64,000 bases of DNA from Diplonema japonicum (GCA_964019335.1 OZ025739.1:310001-374000); one strand, 5' to 3'. Counted from the stretch's first letter, positions 34,031-47,593 are shown. The notes: generated by a model from the sequence alone, not told the origin. Made by a program: numbers and translations.

Positions 34031-34440
34031 TGAGGGAGGACAACAAGGTCGGGGGCTTCTCAGCCCTTTTCCCCCCTCTGATTTTTTTTTTGAAAATTTG
34101 AATGAAAATTCCCCCCTTATTAGATTTTCTAGCAAAAGCACCAAATACAGAACAACTAAAGAAGAAACGACTCGGAGGTAGTGCTTGAGTTTGTGTGCCG
34201 CCTATCTCTATAAAAAAAGAGGGAAAAAAAAAGGAAGAAAAAAAACGTAGTTTGCCTCGTACTTAACTATTGGTTGCTTGCACCCCCCCTCACCCACTTG
34301 TTTCTTTTCTTCTTGAACAGTGAGCACCCCCCATGCACACTGAATTCCGTTCATTTTCCCCCCTCTTAGATACTGACTTTTTTGGACTGACTTTCAATTC
34401 GTCTTTTTTTTTTTTTTTTTACGCATGCAGATGTAGGGCA

Positions 34441-36300
34441 ATGGGGAAGCATAAGACTCCGAGACTGCCCAAGATTGTAATCCAAGCAGCAGTAAAGGTA
34501 AAGATAAAAGAATCGAGGGACTCTGTGGTACTTGATGCTGTAGAAGGGGATACTGCGCCCATGTCGGGGGAGGGCTCTCTTGAGCTTGAATGGGAGTTAG
34601 AAAAACTGGAATGTGGTACCACAGTGCACAAAGCCCGCAGATGGCTTGTTGTAGTAGCGCACCAAAGTTGTACGGTCTTCGAGAAGGCCTTCAGGCGGTT
34701 ACGCGCCCTCAACGTGCTGCGCCGTCTGTTCAAGCCCATCATGCTCTTTCGCAGCAACAGGTCAGCAGCGCAGAAACTCCAGGATTCCCTCGGCTTCAGT
34801 CAGGATGAGGTGCCCCCTCTTGTCCCCTTCCTTCGGTCCATCCCCTTGCTTGCTCACTTCCCACTGCCCTTTCTCGAAGCATTTAGCAAGCGGCTTCGCA
34901 AGTTAGTCCACAACCCCGGTACTGTCGTTGTTCATGAAGGTGAATGCCGCGACTTCTACATAGTCACTAGGGGGGTCGTCGATGTCTTGGTCCGCTCGCC
35001 CCCTAAGTACACCTTCACCGTGGTTGAGAGGCTCGGTCGTGGCAACTACTTCGGACAGTTCAACGTCTTCTCAGGAGACAGCCGCGAGGTCGTGAAGGTG
35101 CCCCGTGGCTGCGGGTTGTGTGTTCTGTGGAAGCTCAATAAGCAACAGTTCCACCTGCTTCTCAAGCAGTACGGCAACGCCGCCTCTGTGGCAAACATGA
35201 AAAGGCTCCTCATTCAGAAGCGCCAACAGTGTATCAGCAAGTACTACCCGCTTTCGCCCAACCACTTCAGGAACTGCGGCAGGAACACCAACCTCAAGGA
35301 TTTCCACGACGACGCTCTTGACGAGCTCATTGCGCTGATGCAGCCTGTGTCGTTCCATGGCGGGGACCTTATCCTCACCGAGGGACGTCCCACGACTGGG
35401 CTGTTCCTGGTGGTCAACGGGTACGTGGAAATAACAAAAAAGATGAGCCTGCCTGCGGTGGAGAGCCAGTGTGAGACCCCAGCTGCACAACCAGCACCTT
35501 TTCCTATTTCCGCAACATCGCGAGCGTCTGTTCCCGTACCACCTCGAGTGCCGTCGACAGCCTTCCGCAGGCACAGCCTGCAACAGCAGTTCTTCAGAGA
35601 CGAGAAGCGTGTCGCGCTCTTAGGGTCGTGGTCTGTACTGGGCGAGGAGGAGGCATTGCTATCAAGAAACTGCACGGCGACAGTACGGTGCGTGCACGAC
35701 GTGGACTGCTGGTTTGTGAAGAGAGACGTTTTCGTGAGGTACATGCTGTCCTACCCTGTGCTGTTCCTTGCCGCAAAGGATGCGGTGTCGAAGGTACTCG
35801 CAGGGCGCAGCCAGATCATTCACTGCCCCATAGAGTTCCTAAAGGCAAGCCCCGTTCTGAGAGTGTTGCCCACTAAGTTGCTGTCTTTGCTGTCCATGCA
35901 CGCCAGCTCCGTGATGTTCCGACCTGGCGAAGAGTTGGTGGTGCGGCAAGAGGTGTGCAGGCTGCTTGTTGTGTATGAGGGTAACGCACACTTCGCGCTG
36001 TTCCCCGACGTCTTGCGCAGGGGAAGCAAGTGTCGATCGTCTGCTGTGCTTTCCTACTTCGCGATAGACGACAAACAGCTCAAGCCAGGTTCAGTCGTCT
36101 GTGCAGAGGAAGCTGTGCTCGGCCTTCAATGGCCGATGCCGTACACGTACCATGCAAGCCAAGCCGGTTGCAAGGCATGGTGCATCACATCGGGACAGCT
36201 TCTGCAGTACATTAAACCCACGATTTCCATCTGGGAATCCCTTGTTCTGAAAGCCAGGTCTGTTGTATGTGAGGGGAAAAGGCCATCTCTATTCATTTGA
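34441..36300 (+). CDS. Cyclic nucleotide-binding domain protein (2-3 cNMP domains)
   Basis: PGTVVVHEGECRDFYIVTRGVVDV...LGRGNYFGQ and GGDLILTEGRPTTGLFLVVNGYVEI...LGEEEALL...TATVRC. Confidence 0.8.
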   Translation: MGKHKTPRLPKIVIQAAVKVKIKESRDSVVLDAVEGDTAPMSGEGSLELEWELEKLECGTTVHKARRWLVVVAHQSCTVFEKAFRRLRALNVLRRLFKPIMLFRSNRSAAQKLQDSLGFSQDEVPPLVPFLRSIPLLAHFPLPFLEAFSKRLRKLVHNPGTVVVHEGECRDFYIVTRGVVDVLVRSPPKYTFTVVERLGRGNYFGQFNVFSGDSREVVKVPRGCGLCVLWKLNKQQFHLLLKQYGNAASVANMKRLLIQKRQQCISKYYPLSPNHFRNCGRNTNLKDFHDDALDELIALMQPVSFHGGDLILTEGRPTTGLFLVVNGYVEITKKMSLPAVESQCETPAAQPAPFPISATSRASVPVPPRVPSTAFRRHSLQQQFFRDEKRVALLGSWSVLGEEEALLSRNCTATVRCVHDVDCWFVKRDVFVRYMLSYPVLFLAAKDAVSKVLAGRSQIIHCPIEFLKASPVLRVLPTKLLSLLSMHASSVMFRPGEELVVRQEVCRLLVVYEGNAHFALFPDVLRRGSKCRSSAVLSYFAIDDKQLKPGSVVCAEEAVLGLQWPMPYTYHASQAGCKAWCITSGQLLQYIKPTISIWESLVLKARSVVCEGKRPSLFI

Positions 36301-36373
36301 CTCTTCCCTTCCTTTTTTTTTTTTTTTGCTGCTCGTTCGTTTGTATCGCACACAGCACTAGTTCGACATTAAA

Positions 36374-36976
36374 ATGGGAGAAAAGACAAGTGTGAGGGAG
36401 ACCAGCATGGAGGTGGTCATTGCAATGTTCTCTGTGCTTGCGTTGGCATGGACGCTGACAGCGAACCTGGGGTTCCTTCCGGCGCTGTTCGGGGAGAGGG
36501 CGGAGACGAAGAAGTTCGAGTCCTACGAGGAGTTCTACCCTCACTACCTCTCGGAGCACAGTGACGCAACATGCAGGCTCTTGCACTTCATTGGGACTAG
36601 CATGGTGGTCCTGTGGCTGTTCGTGTGGAACATGGGCACTGCTCACAGGTCGGTGGCACTTATTGCCCTTGCCGGTGCCGTTGGTAACATTGTGCAGGAG
36701 ATGACAAAGGGTGTTCCCACAGCGCAGTACGAGGCCCTTGGGATGGCTGTTGTGTTCTTCATTGGTTCGCTCGTCCTCAACCAGCGTATCAGCATCTACA
36801 TCGTGACCATGATTCTGGGATACGGCTTTGCTTGGGTTGGCCACTTCCAGTTCGAGAAGAACAAGCCTGCAACGTGGACTTACACCACATGGTCGCTCAT
36901 GAGCGACTTCAGAATGTACTATGAGATCCTCAATGGCTCCCTCACAGTTGCCCTGCCCAAGGAGATGATGCAGTGA
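36374..36976 (+). CDS. DUF962 / Mpo1-like membrane protein
   Basis: FESYEEFYPHYLSEHSDATCRLLHFIG and GYGFAWVGHFQFEKNKPATW...SLMSDFRM. Confidence 0.88.
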   Translation: MGEKTSVRETSMEVVIAMFSVLALAWTLTANLGFLPALFGERAETKKFESYEEFYPHYLSEHSDATCRLLHFIGTSMVVLWLFVWNMGTAHRSVALIALAGAVGNIVQEMTKGVPTAQYEALGMAVVFFIGSLVLNQRISIYIVTMILGYGFAWVGHFQFEKNKPATWTYTTWSLMSDFRMYYEILNGSLTVALPKEMMQ

Positions 36977-37180
36977 AAAATAATTTTTTTTTTAATTAGA
37001 TTGAGAAACCCCCCCCCCGTAGTGTTTCCCCCCTCCCCCCGGACCAGTTTTACCACCACACAGTAAAACCCTTTATTCAACCACGTTTCATGATATGGGA
37101 GCCCCTCCCGTGTCTTTCCCCCTTTTTTTTTAACCGTGAGTTGCCATGGAATCCCGTGGTCATGCGTTCATGAGACATAC

Positions 37181-37212
<32 letters not shown>

Positions 37213-37631
37213 GATTAGAAAATCGATGGAGGTATTTAAAAGAATGAAAAAGAAAAAAAAAGAAAAGAAAAAAAAAAAAAAAAAAGTATGAGAAAGGGAA
37301 AAAAAAAGATTTTGAGCCACCCACCCACATAGTTTGTCGATGATGCCTTTTTTTTTTTCCTCCACAGAAAGCAAAAAAAACAATAAAGCATACCCCTTTT
37401 GGAAAAATACTGTAAAAGAAAGGGCAATCGCTCAGAATAACACCCCTCCTCGCTCACTTTTTTTTTTTTTTTTTGCTTTCTTTTTTATTGGTTGCTCTCA
37501 ACGCATAACTATAATTATTTATTTTTCCACACCCCCCACCTCCCTCCTGGAATTACTTTTTTAAACTGGCTCTTTTTTCTCTTTCTGCACCTGTTTTCCT
37601 TCCATCTTCACCACAAACCTCAGACCCAGCG

Positions 37632-39050
37632 ATGACATGGGTGGTGGTGATGTGTGCTGCCGTGCTTGGGACGCCTGCTGTGCCAGGTGTACCCGCTTCG
37701 GTGTACGGGAACAGGCAGTGGGTGGAGGCGAACTACTCGAACGGTGCAGTGGATCCCCCGAAGCCTGTGATCCCTGACGAGCTGTCGGTACACGTGAGCA
37801 TTTCGTCCTACAGAGACGAGTTATGCGGGCGAACACTCTTCGAGCTCTTCAACTACGCAAAGAACCCTCTCCTCATCACCGTCGGCATCGTGGAGCAGTT
37901 CCTGGAAGGCGACATGCGGTGCTTGGAGGGGTACTGCAAGCTAATGAACGAGAGCCGCAACACCTGTCCCTACCAAGACCGCATCAAGATTATCAAAATG
38001 ACAGCTGGTGAAGCACAGGGCCCCATGCACGCCAGGTCCTTCGGAGGGAAGCTCATTCAAGACGAGAACTTCTGCATGCAAATCGACTCGCACATCCGTG
38101 CCATCCAAGACTGGGACACGAAGATGATCAGCGAGTGGGAGTCTGCCGGGAACGAATACGCTGTGCTGTCCACCTACGTGCAGAAGGAAGAGGACATGGT
38201 GTCGCGGGACTACGGATCGGATATCAACAAGTGGCGCGAGGTGCCCATGATGTGCTCCACGGTGTCGGGGATGTACGGCATGGTGCGCAACAACCAGGCA
38301 TCGGCCGCCAGGGCGCTCACCCGCCCGCTCCGTTCATGCTTCTGGGGTGCAGGGCTGAGTTTCTCGAAGTGCCACATGGAGAAGTCCGTTCTGCACGACC
38401 CCTACTCGCGTGGCGTCTTCGATGGGGAGGAGTTCACACGTGCCATCAGGATGTGGACGCACGGCTACGACATGTACGTCCCTAGCAGGGGCATCATCTT
38501 CCATGACTACACCAAAGCCCAGAGGTCCCCGAAGAAGTGGAGTTCTGTTGCAAAACATTCCAACATTGAACGTGCTGACCCTGCCATCGCTTACGCAAGG
38601 CTAAAGGGGCTGTTGGGGATGGGGGGAGGCAGTACCGATGACCTCGGGGAGTACGGCTTTGGGACGCGGCGCACGAAAGCACAATACGAAAAACTCTGCG
38701 GGTTGGAACTATCGAGGTCCCCGAGAAACTTCGAAGAAGGCAAAGACAGATGCGGGAGGTTGCCTTGGGTGCCCTGGGATGTGCCACAGAAGAGCACAGA
38801 TGATGTTCATCATGATGACAGCAGCAAGGTCCAGGTACAGGCCAATGTCCAGGTGCAGGTAGTGCACGACGTGCATCACGAGGATCACGAGGTACAGGTG
38901 CACGACGGTGTGGGGGATCACGTCAAAAAACCTATCGGTCCCCCCCACTTGCACATGAAAGAGATTGCGGTCATCCTCCTTGTGATTGTGTTTGTGCTTT
39001 CCCGCATGAACAACAGGGGCATGTTCAGACGGAGGGTCAGAAACGACTGA
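37632..39050 (+). CDS. GT60-family UDP-GlcNAc:polypeptide alpha-GlcNAc transferase (Gnt1/OGNT-like), secretory pathway
   Basis: Motifs VSISSYRDELCGRTL, GPMHAR, MQIDSH, FWGAGLSFS and FDGEEFTRAIRMWTHGYD. N-terminal signal and C-terminal TM helix. Confidence 0.88.
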   Translation: MTWVVVMCAAVLGTPAVPGVPASVYGNRQWVEANYSNGAVDPPKPVIPDELSVHVSISSYRDELCGRTLFELFNYAKNPLLITVGIVEQFLEGDMRCLEGYCKLMNESRNTCPYQDRIKIIKMTAGEAQGPMHARSFGGKLIQDENFCMQIDSHIRAIQDWDTKMISEWESAGNEYAVLSTYVQKEEDMVSRDYGSDINKWREVPMMCSTVSGMYGMVRNNQASAARALTRPLRSCFWGAGLSFSKCHMEKSVLHDPYSRGVFDGEEFTRAIRMWTHGYDMYVPSRGIIFHDYTKAQRSPKKWSSVAKHSNIERADPAIAYARLKGLLGMGGGSTDDLGEYGFGTRRTKAQYEKLCGLELSRSPRNFEEGKDRCGRLPWVPWDVPQKSTDDVHHDDSSKVQVQANVQVQVVHDVHHEDHEVQVHDGVGDHVKKPIGPPHLHMKEIAVILLVIVFVLSRMNNRGMFRRRVRND

Positions 39051-39186
39051 CCAATACACCCCTGCTGACCTGCCCTTTGCTCTTAGTGTTTATGATCTAT
39101 GTGTTTTGTACCACCGTATATTCCACGCTCGTCCCAACACACAATCTATCACAGGAAGTTGGTGCCACGTCGCCGCTTACATCGTT

Positions 39187-40152
39187 ATGCTGATTGATGA
39201 CGACGACAAAGAAGCACCGCGGATAGTGGGGCGCGGCAGAGGAGGGAAAGGAGGTCGGGGGAGAGGGAGGGGGAGGAGCGAGGTAGTAGTCGAGAAAGAG
39301 GTAGTTCTGGACAAAGAAGTTGAGAAAGAAGAGAGGTTGCCAGAGCGAAGGCATTGCGGGAGTCTGCGATTAGTCGAAAGAGTGGTGCTTGTAGGAGCGC
39401 TGTTTTGGTTGGGTATATGGTCGATGCCTGGTGCTGGGAGGCCTGGTGGGAGGTACAGCTCTGAAGGGGTCCACACACACACACACCAGCTGAACGTGAA
39501 GCTTCACCTTCCCAACGCCACATGGGATGAAGGGCACATTGTTTACGCGCGTGACTATCACGATCTTGAGACGCAGCTCCATCGTCAGTACAACCACAGC
39601 ATCGCCTCGCTTCGAAAGAGGCTTGTCGACTCTGACGGGGTCACCTCCTACCCAGAGGTGAACGGCGAACAGTTCGAACGCATCATCGCCGAGACCACGA
39701 AAACAGTCACATTTTGGGTGGTTTTGGGGTCGAAAGAGTCTGTGCTTCCACACAGCCCGCTCGACCCGGAACCACCCAGCAAAGAGGGGGAAAAGAAAGA
39801 ACCCCCCATGCAGCATGAAGCACACGCTGCACTCCAAACTGAACCTGAAGAGCCAAAGGTCAAAATAGGGCAGGTGTGTTTGGAGGAGGGGAAAAAAAAA
39901 AAAAAAAAAAAAAAAAAAGACGGTTGTCGCGTCCCGGGACATCACTGTAGGTGGAGCCGTCATCGTGCAGAAGAAGAGTCCCGGTGTGGTGAGGTCTGAG
40001 GTGAAAACGCAGGTGTGTCGTAATTATATTTTTTTTTTATACTCTCGCAGGGTGTCACGAAGTGGATGGTGAGATTTCTGGGAGAGTTCGGGTCGTCCCG
40101 ACCAGTCGTGGCAGTGGTCAACTTGGAGGACCTTCAGGCAGTACATACATAA
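39187..40152 (+). CDS. Hypothetical single-pass membrane protein with a small beta-rich C-terminal domain; introns 39874-39919, 40013-40050
   Basis: TM helix VVLVGALFWLGIW. Splicing gives a continuous KIGQTVVASRDITVGGAVIVQKKSPGVV...LQAVHT*. Confidence 0.6.
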
Positions 40153-41111
40153 TAAAAAAACAACTTTTTTTGTCCATCCCGTACAAGAAATGTATATAAA
40201 ATATAGCTCTCTTGATTTTAGACCCCCTTTTTTCCCCTTTTTGTGTCTTTTTCCGTCCCTCCCCCATTCTTGAAGTAGGCGTCAGTTCAGAGAGGGGTTG
40301 TAGTCTTTTCTGATGTTTTCGTAACACCCTTCCCACCGTACACCGCACTTTTTTTTGATGGGGTCGTTGTAACACTTCTCCTCCAGTGGTTTTTCTTTTT
40401 GTAATTCAGACGGGGCTGTTCTCCTCCATCATAGTGAATCCCCCCCCTTTTTTTTTCTTTTGTGCGCTCAATCGGGGAACGCATTATCATCCTCTGTATT
40501 TCTTCTATTAAATCTTCCTTTCTTTGAACCCCCCCCCCCCCCCCCCCTCCCTCGTCTGAACCAGGAAAGAATAAGCAACAATGCACACAGATATGCTTTC
40601 TTTCATATTTTTTTTTTTGCACCCATTCCCTTAATGGATATTTTTCTTTGAAAAATATAATTTCTTTTTTTAGAAACGCCACAAGTAGTACCCTTGACCA
40701 TGCGGTCCTGGGTGCATGGACTCCTTTTTTCCAAACCCAAGCAATGTCAGCTAACCAATGGCGACTAGGTATCTCACTCTCCTTTTTTTTTCCGTCATGT
40801 TTCCCGAACCTTTTTACCTGAGTTGAAACTTTTTAGTTGAACCAGGGTGACAAAAGGGGTTTTCCCCCTCCCCTTCATCCCCCCTCATCCTTTTGTTTTC
40901 CGAATAAAAGAAACCTCATCTCATTTACACCCCTCCCCCCCCCTTTTTTTATTTCTCCGTTATTTTTCTTATATCCCTTTCCTCTCCCTCCACCCTTTGT
41001 TTTTCATGTACACATCTACACGAATTTGCTCTTCCTCTCTTTTTATTTTTGCTGCCCTGTCGTCGTTACTACCGATAAAAACTCTCTTTCAGGTGCCCGT
41101 AAAATGAAGAC

Positions 41112-42269
41112 ATGGCACCTTTGCGGAGAGACTCGCGACAAAGCAGCGTCAGACGCGGCAGGAGCCACAACAGCGCGTCGGGTGGTGGCAGCCGCCCCCC
41201 GACACCAACCCGTGTTAGCAGCCAGAATGGCTCTGATAAGCAGCTAGCACCGCCAATGGTGCCCCTCATCATGAGGTGTTTCCAAGAAGAATACCGATGT
41301 GACGGAGCAGAACGACAGATAAACGAACGGCAGCGGCAGGCAGAGCGGGACCTTATCCAAAACGAGCGCAGACTAGCACAGCTGAAAAGCAGAGAAAAAC
41401 CCTCCGTCGCCGCGTTCAATGCTTACAGTGGCAGGACCACCTCGGGGTCCATACCTTTGCCACCTGAAGCTATGACGTCTCAAACCCCACAAGCGCGCAC
41501 ACAGCAGACACCACCTATTCAGGTTATTATCGTTAACAACACACAGCAGGCACCGCAGTCGGTGTCGCAGACGTGCGAGCGTATCTCCACTGCTATGAAC
41601 GCCCTGCAGAACACGCTCGGTCCAGCACCCCCCATCAGGACACCGGCATCCTCTGAGATACCCCCTGCAAGGGGCCCCAGCACATGGTCCGCCTCAACAC
41701 GGGGTGTAGTCACCCCACCAGCTCCTGTGGAAAAGCCGACACCTTACCATAGGCTTCCCCCTCCCCCTACGCCGATGGGAGGGCAGGGCGTTCCGAGGTT
41801 TTCACCTGTTTTCATCCCCACCCGGAGAATGCAACCTTCCCCGTTGCCGGAACCGAGTTATGGAAGCACACGACCAACACCACTATCACAGACAGCACCT
41901 CGGCCCTATGTACACATCCCAGTACCATTTAGGGAAGGTTTTGTACCCCGTGACTCTTCGCCTGCATACGTGCCGCCTGTCCTTGTGTGCCCCGTGAATG
42001 GTGCTGCTGTGCCGTCCAAAAAGCCGCCTTCACTCTCCGTTCCCTCCACCTCAGTGGAACCTTACGTGTCCCCACGCCGCATGTCACCCTCGCCAACGCA
42101 AACTCGGCATTACAGCCCCCCACACTGCCCGGGTGAGCCCTGTAAGCCCCCTTCTGTCGAGCCTTTCACGTCACTGAGGACCTCACCCATGCCTCCCGAT
42201 AGATTCAGTAAACAGGTTGTCCCACTTGTGAACTCTGCAATCAGAGAGGGATGTAACCACAGATTTTAG
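41112..42269 (+). CDS. Pro/Ser-rich hypothetical protein with a short coiled coil
   Basis: 385-aa ORF co-oriented with its neighbours; low complexity; no recognisable domain. Confidence 0.6.
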   Translation: MAPLRRDSRQSSVRRGRSHNSASGGGSRPPTPTRVSSQNGSDKQLAPPMVPLIMRCFQEEYRCDGAERQINERQRQAERDLIQNERRLAQLKSREKPSVAAFNAYSGRTTSGSIPLPPEAMTSQTPQARTQQTPPIQVIIVNNTQQAPQSVSQTCERISTAMNALQNTLGPAPPIRTPASSEIPPARGPSTWSASTRGVVTPPAPVEKPTPYHRLPPPPTPMGGQGVPRFSPVFIPTRRMQPSPLPEPSYGSTRPTPLSQTAPRPYVHIPVPFREGFVPRDSSPAYVPPVLVCPVNGAAVPSKKPPSLSVPSTSVEPYVSPRRMSPSPTQTRHYSPPHCPGEPCKPPSVEPFTSLRTSPMPPDRFSKQVVPLVNSAIREGCNHRF

Positions 42270-42358
42270 AAGCCACACGGCATCTTGTATTATGATGTAT
42301 TATGTTTATCTCTTATGTTGCATTCCGGTCATCTGGCTTACAACTTCCCATTCAGGAA

Positions 42359-45300
42359 ATGAGTCTGAGCGGCGATGAGGAAGAGTATGATGTGGAAGCG
42401 GGCGAGGTGCCGAAGCCAAGCATGTTGAGGAGGGCGAAGACTGGGAAAGAGGAAGATGCTGGACCGACCAATGTGCAGCCGCAGGTGATGAGGCGGAGGA
42501 AAACCGGCGGCGGCTCCAATACCGTCGTAGTGTGGACGCTACTCGCGTTCGTGGTGATGGTGGTTCTCACGTGGTGGGGGCTCATGACGGCAGTGATGGG
42601 AAGCAACAAGATTGAACCGCACAGAGTGACACCGACTAAGAATGCAAAGCAGATAATCGAGCAAACGGAGGGACTTGAGTGGGATCGCATCTATGCAGCA
42701 CATGCCAAACAAATAGGATGGGTTCTTGAAGACAGGGGGGAACTGCTGAACATAGGGTTTCCCGATGGAACTACAAAGTGGTACCCTGCTGAAGCCGTAA
42801 CACCTGCTGTGAAGTCGGCAGAAAGGAAAAAGCGCCCAAAGAAGCACAAGAAGATAGAAGAAGACGACAGTGAGGAACACGAAAAGGTGAAGAAAGAAGG
42901 CGAGGAGGAGAAGAAGGAAGATAACGAGGACGTTCAAAAAGAGATACACGTGCTAGACAACGAAGCAGAGAAGCATCATGGAGCGAATGACGCGCAAGAG
43001 GCACTAGAGAACGCAGAGTCCCCGCCCCCTGCCCGCAAGCACCGACGCAAGAGGAAGCGTCACAACACCGATGGGAGCACAGAAGAACACCAGGAGAACG
43101 GCACCGATGACGACAACACTCACAAGCACCGAGGAAACGAAGGGAAAGAAGCGGAGGACACAGAGTCGCCATCTCCAGCGCCTCGCAGGCACCGCCGCAA
43201 GAAGAAGAAACTCGATGACAATGAAAACGGAGCGGAAGAAAATGAACAAGATGAACATAGAAAACCGGTTGAAGAAGATGACAACATCCCCCACAGGCAC
43301 CGTCGTCACAAGAAGACAGACACCGAGAACAGCGAGGAACCTTCCAAAGACTCGGACAAAGAGAAAAAAGAAGAAGAACAAGAAGACAAGCCCACTCATA
43401 AGCGTCGCAAGAGGAAGAAGCACCTCGAAGAAGCACACGAAGAGAAAGACGGTGACGAGGAAAAGAAAATCGAAGAGGAAGACACGCCCCCTCCCCACAA
43501 ACGCCGTAGGAAGAAGCACGTGGAAAATGGTGTGGAAGAACACAAAGAAACTGACGGAAGCGAGGAAACAAGTCACAAGAAACATGTGAAGAAGCATAAA
43601 AAAGGGAAAACACGTGATGCACTAAGCCTGGGCAGCAACATCCCTAAACATAAGGAGACGTGCACGTACCCTTCATTGCACCCTCATAAGGTATGCGGCT
43701 GAATGTTCCTCACGTACCTTCATTGCAGTGGGCTGAGAAGTTTGGGTGGGGGAAAAAAAAAGAGTTCCCTCCATGCGACGAAGACAGTGCGTTTTCTTCT
43801 ATCAAGTACAGAGATGCACAGTACGAGAAGAGTGCGGAAGTGGTGGTGAACTTGCTGGACGAAACAGCCCTCACCTTCAAGGTTGACGAGGGGCACGTGC
43901 TGTACAGCAACGGAGTCGACATCACTGATGCAGACGTGAAGAAAGTAACCTTCACCGCCGATGGGCAGAAGTACGTGCTCAAAGTGAACAAAGCGCCCTA
44001 CCGCATGGCTCTGGATTGGAGCATTCTTGACAAGTTGCGTACCATGCTTTCTACATATCAGGTGCACTGCACCATTCCCAGGTATTTCCAATCCCTTCCC
44101 TACCTACTGCACACAGACCTGCCACCATAACTTTCGACTGTAGCGAATCGGCTAAAGTGTTTGGGTTTCACGAGCTTCCCGACAGCTTCTTCAAAAAGAT
44201 GCAAACTACGGTATGGACATGGCCCACTGCCCGCTTACCCTTCCACAGATCGATGCCGAGCATAGGCAGAACGAGCTTAAGAACCTTTACACGACGGACA
44301 AGATGGAGCACACGACACACAACGTAGAAGACAACGCTGCCCTTGACTTGGTATGTCAAGTGCCCACAATAGCAACTTACCACAGGTTGAACCTTACCTT
44401 GTGGCTGTGTGCGGGAAGAGGCGTACTTTGCACCTGAACCTTCCGTCGCAGGGCATCAAGCCGAAAAAGGAGAACAAAAAGAAGCTCAATGTTCTGCACG
44501 TGATGTTTGACTCGTCATCCCTTGCAGCGCTCATCAGGGGGTGCCCTAAGATCACCAGCGCGCTGGAGGATCTCAACAACAAGGCCGACTCGCCCAGCAA
44601 GGTGTTCACGTTCAAGCATTTGCACGCCGTGTCGTGCTGCAGTCCTGGGAACCAGATCCCAATGTACAGCGGTAGAATGAACGGTGAAGGGTCACCTTTC
44701 GTGAAGGCGGAGCCCAGGCAAGAGTCGACGAACTGGCTGTGGAATGTTGCAGGGAAGCTGGGCTACAACACTTTCTTTAGTTTGGACAATTGCCCCGACA
44801 AGAGCGCAAGGGACTTTCAAGCATGGCCCAGTGTAGACCACAGGATTGTAGCTCCCATGTGCATGGCAGGGGTGCTGCTGAGCCACAAAGAAAAACCCTG
44901 CCTGACGAGCAGGCCCATTGACGACTATGTGTTTGAAGGGGCTGACCAGTTCTGGAAGATGTACCCCGACTCACCGAAGTACGCTGCTATGCAGCTCATC
45001 ACGCCACACGAGGAGACGGAGAAGCTCCTCATTGAGCTCGACAACCCGATGTCCTCTTTGCTTCACAAGCTCGAGAAAGACGGCACCCTCAACAACACCG
45101 CTGTGGTGTTCTTCTCGGACCACGGGATTAATTTCGGGAGGTACGCCTCCACACACGACGGTGAGATCGAGAAAATGTTCCCCTTTATGCACGTGGTGCT
45201 GCCTAGGTGGGTGGACCAGAGTGCCATCAGCTTCGACGCGCTGAGGGCAAACCAAGATGCGCTCGTGACACCTTACGACATGCACCAGCTGGTGCGAGAG

Positions 45301-45888
45301 CTCCTCTACTACCCCGACAAGGCGCCCCCGTACTCTATCGACGAGGAAGACCCGTCGCTGCCAAAGCCTGAGCAGTCGCACATCGTGGCCTCTATGAAGA
45401 CACTAAAGGAGTACGAGAAGGTGGCACAGCATGTGGTTCCACACAGCAGAGACTGTGTGGCTGCCAACATCCCTCCTGAGTTTTGCACGTGCATCGCGTG
45501 GGAGGAGGTGAGTGACAAAGAGAAATTTGACGTTCAGGTGAACGCTGTGGTGAAGCACCACAAGGAAGTGCTTGAAGGACTGGATCAGTGCGAGCAGGTG
45601 GAACTCGATACCGTAACAGGAATCGAACTGCAAGTGTGGCCCGTTGAATACCATCCTAAAGAACATCCAAAAGCAAAGAAGATATGGATGGCCCCTAACA
45701 GAGACATGCTGAGGATTCATTACACGCTGAAAGGCACCTCAGCACAGTTCGAGGCCATTGTCAGTCTCGTGAAGGACGCCTACCCTACCTTCGACATCGC
45801 AATTGCGACACGTCTCGACGCGATGACCAAAAAATGCGGTGTCACCGAGAAGAAATCGGAGATCCTTTGTGTCTGCAAAGAAGATTAA
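42359..45888 (+). CDS. Type II membrane protein with a charged stalk and a DUF229 (alkaline phosphatase/sulfatase superfamily) domain; introns 43691-43728, 44082-44116, 44211-44248, 44351-44385
   Basis: TM helix VVVWTLLAFVVMVVLTWWGL. DUF229-type motifs LNVLHVMFDSSS, NTAVVFFSDHG, NQDALVTPYDMH and RDCVAANIPPEFCTC. Four GT-AG introns join the ORF pieces in frame (1127 aa). Confidence 0.8.
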
Positions 45889-45916
45889 CCTCCCCCTTAA
45901 CCGTAACTAAAGTTAA

Positions 45917-47467
<1,551 letters not shown>

Positions 47468-47556
47468 CAGTCCTCGAGGCCTTCCTGCGTGATAGAAATA
47501 TCAAAGGAGTGAGACAAATATGGGGGGAAAAAGTGTATCTGTCATTAATTTTTTTT

Positions 47557-47593
<37 letters not shown>

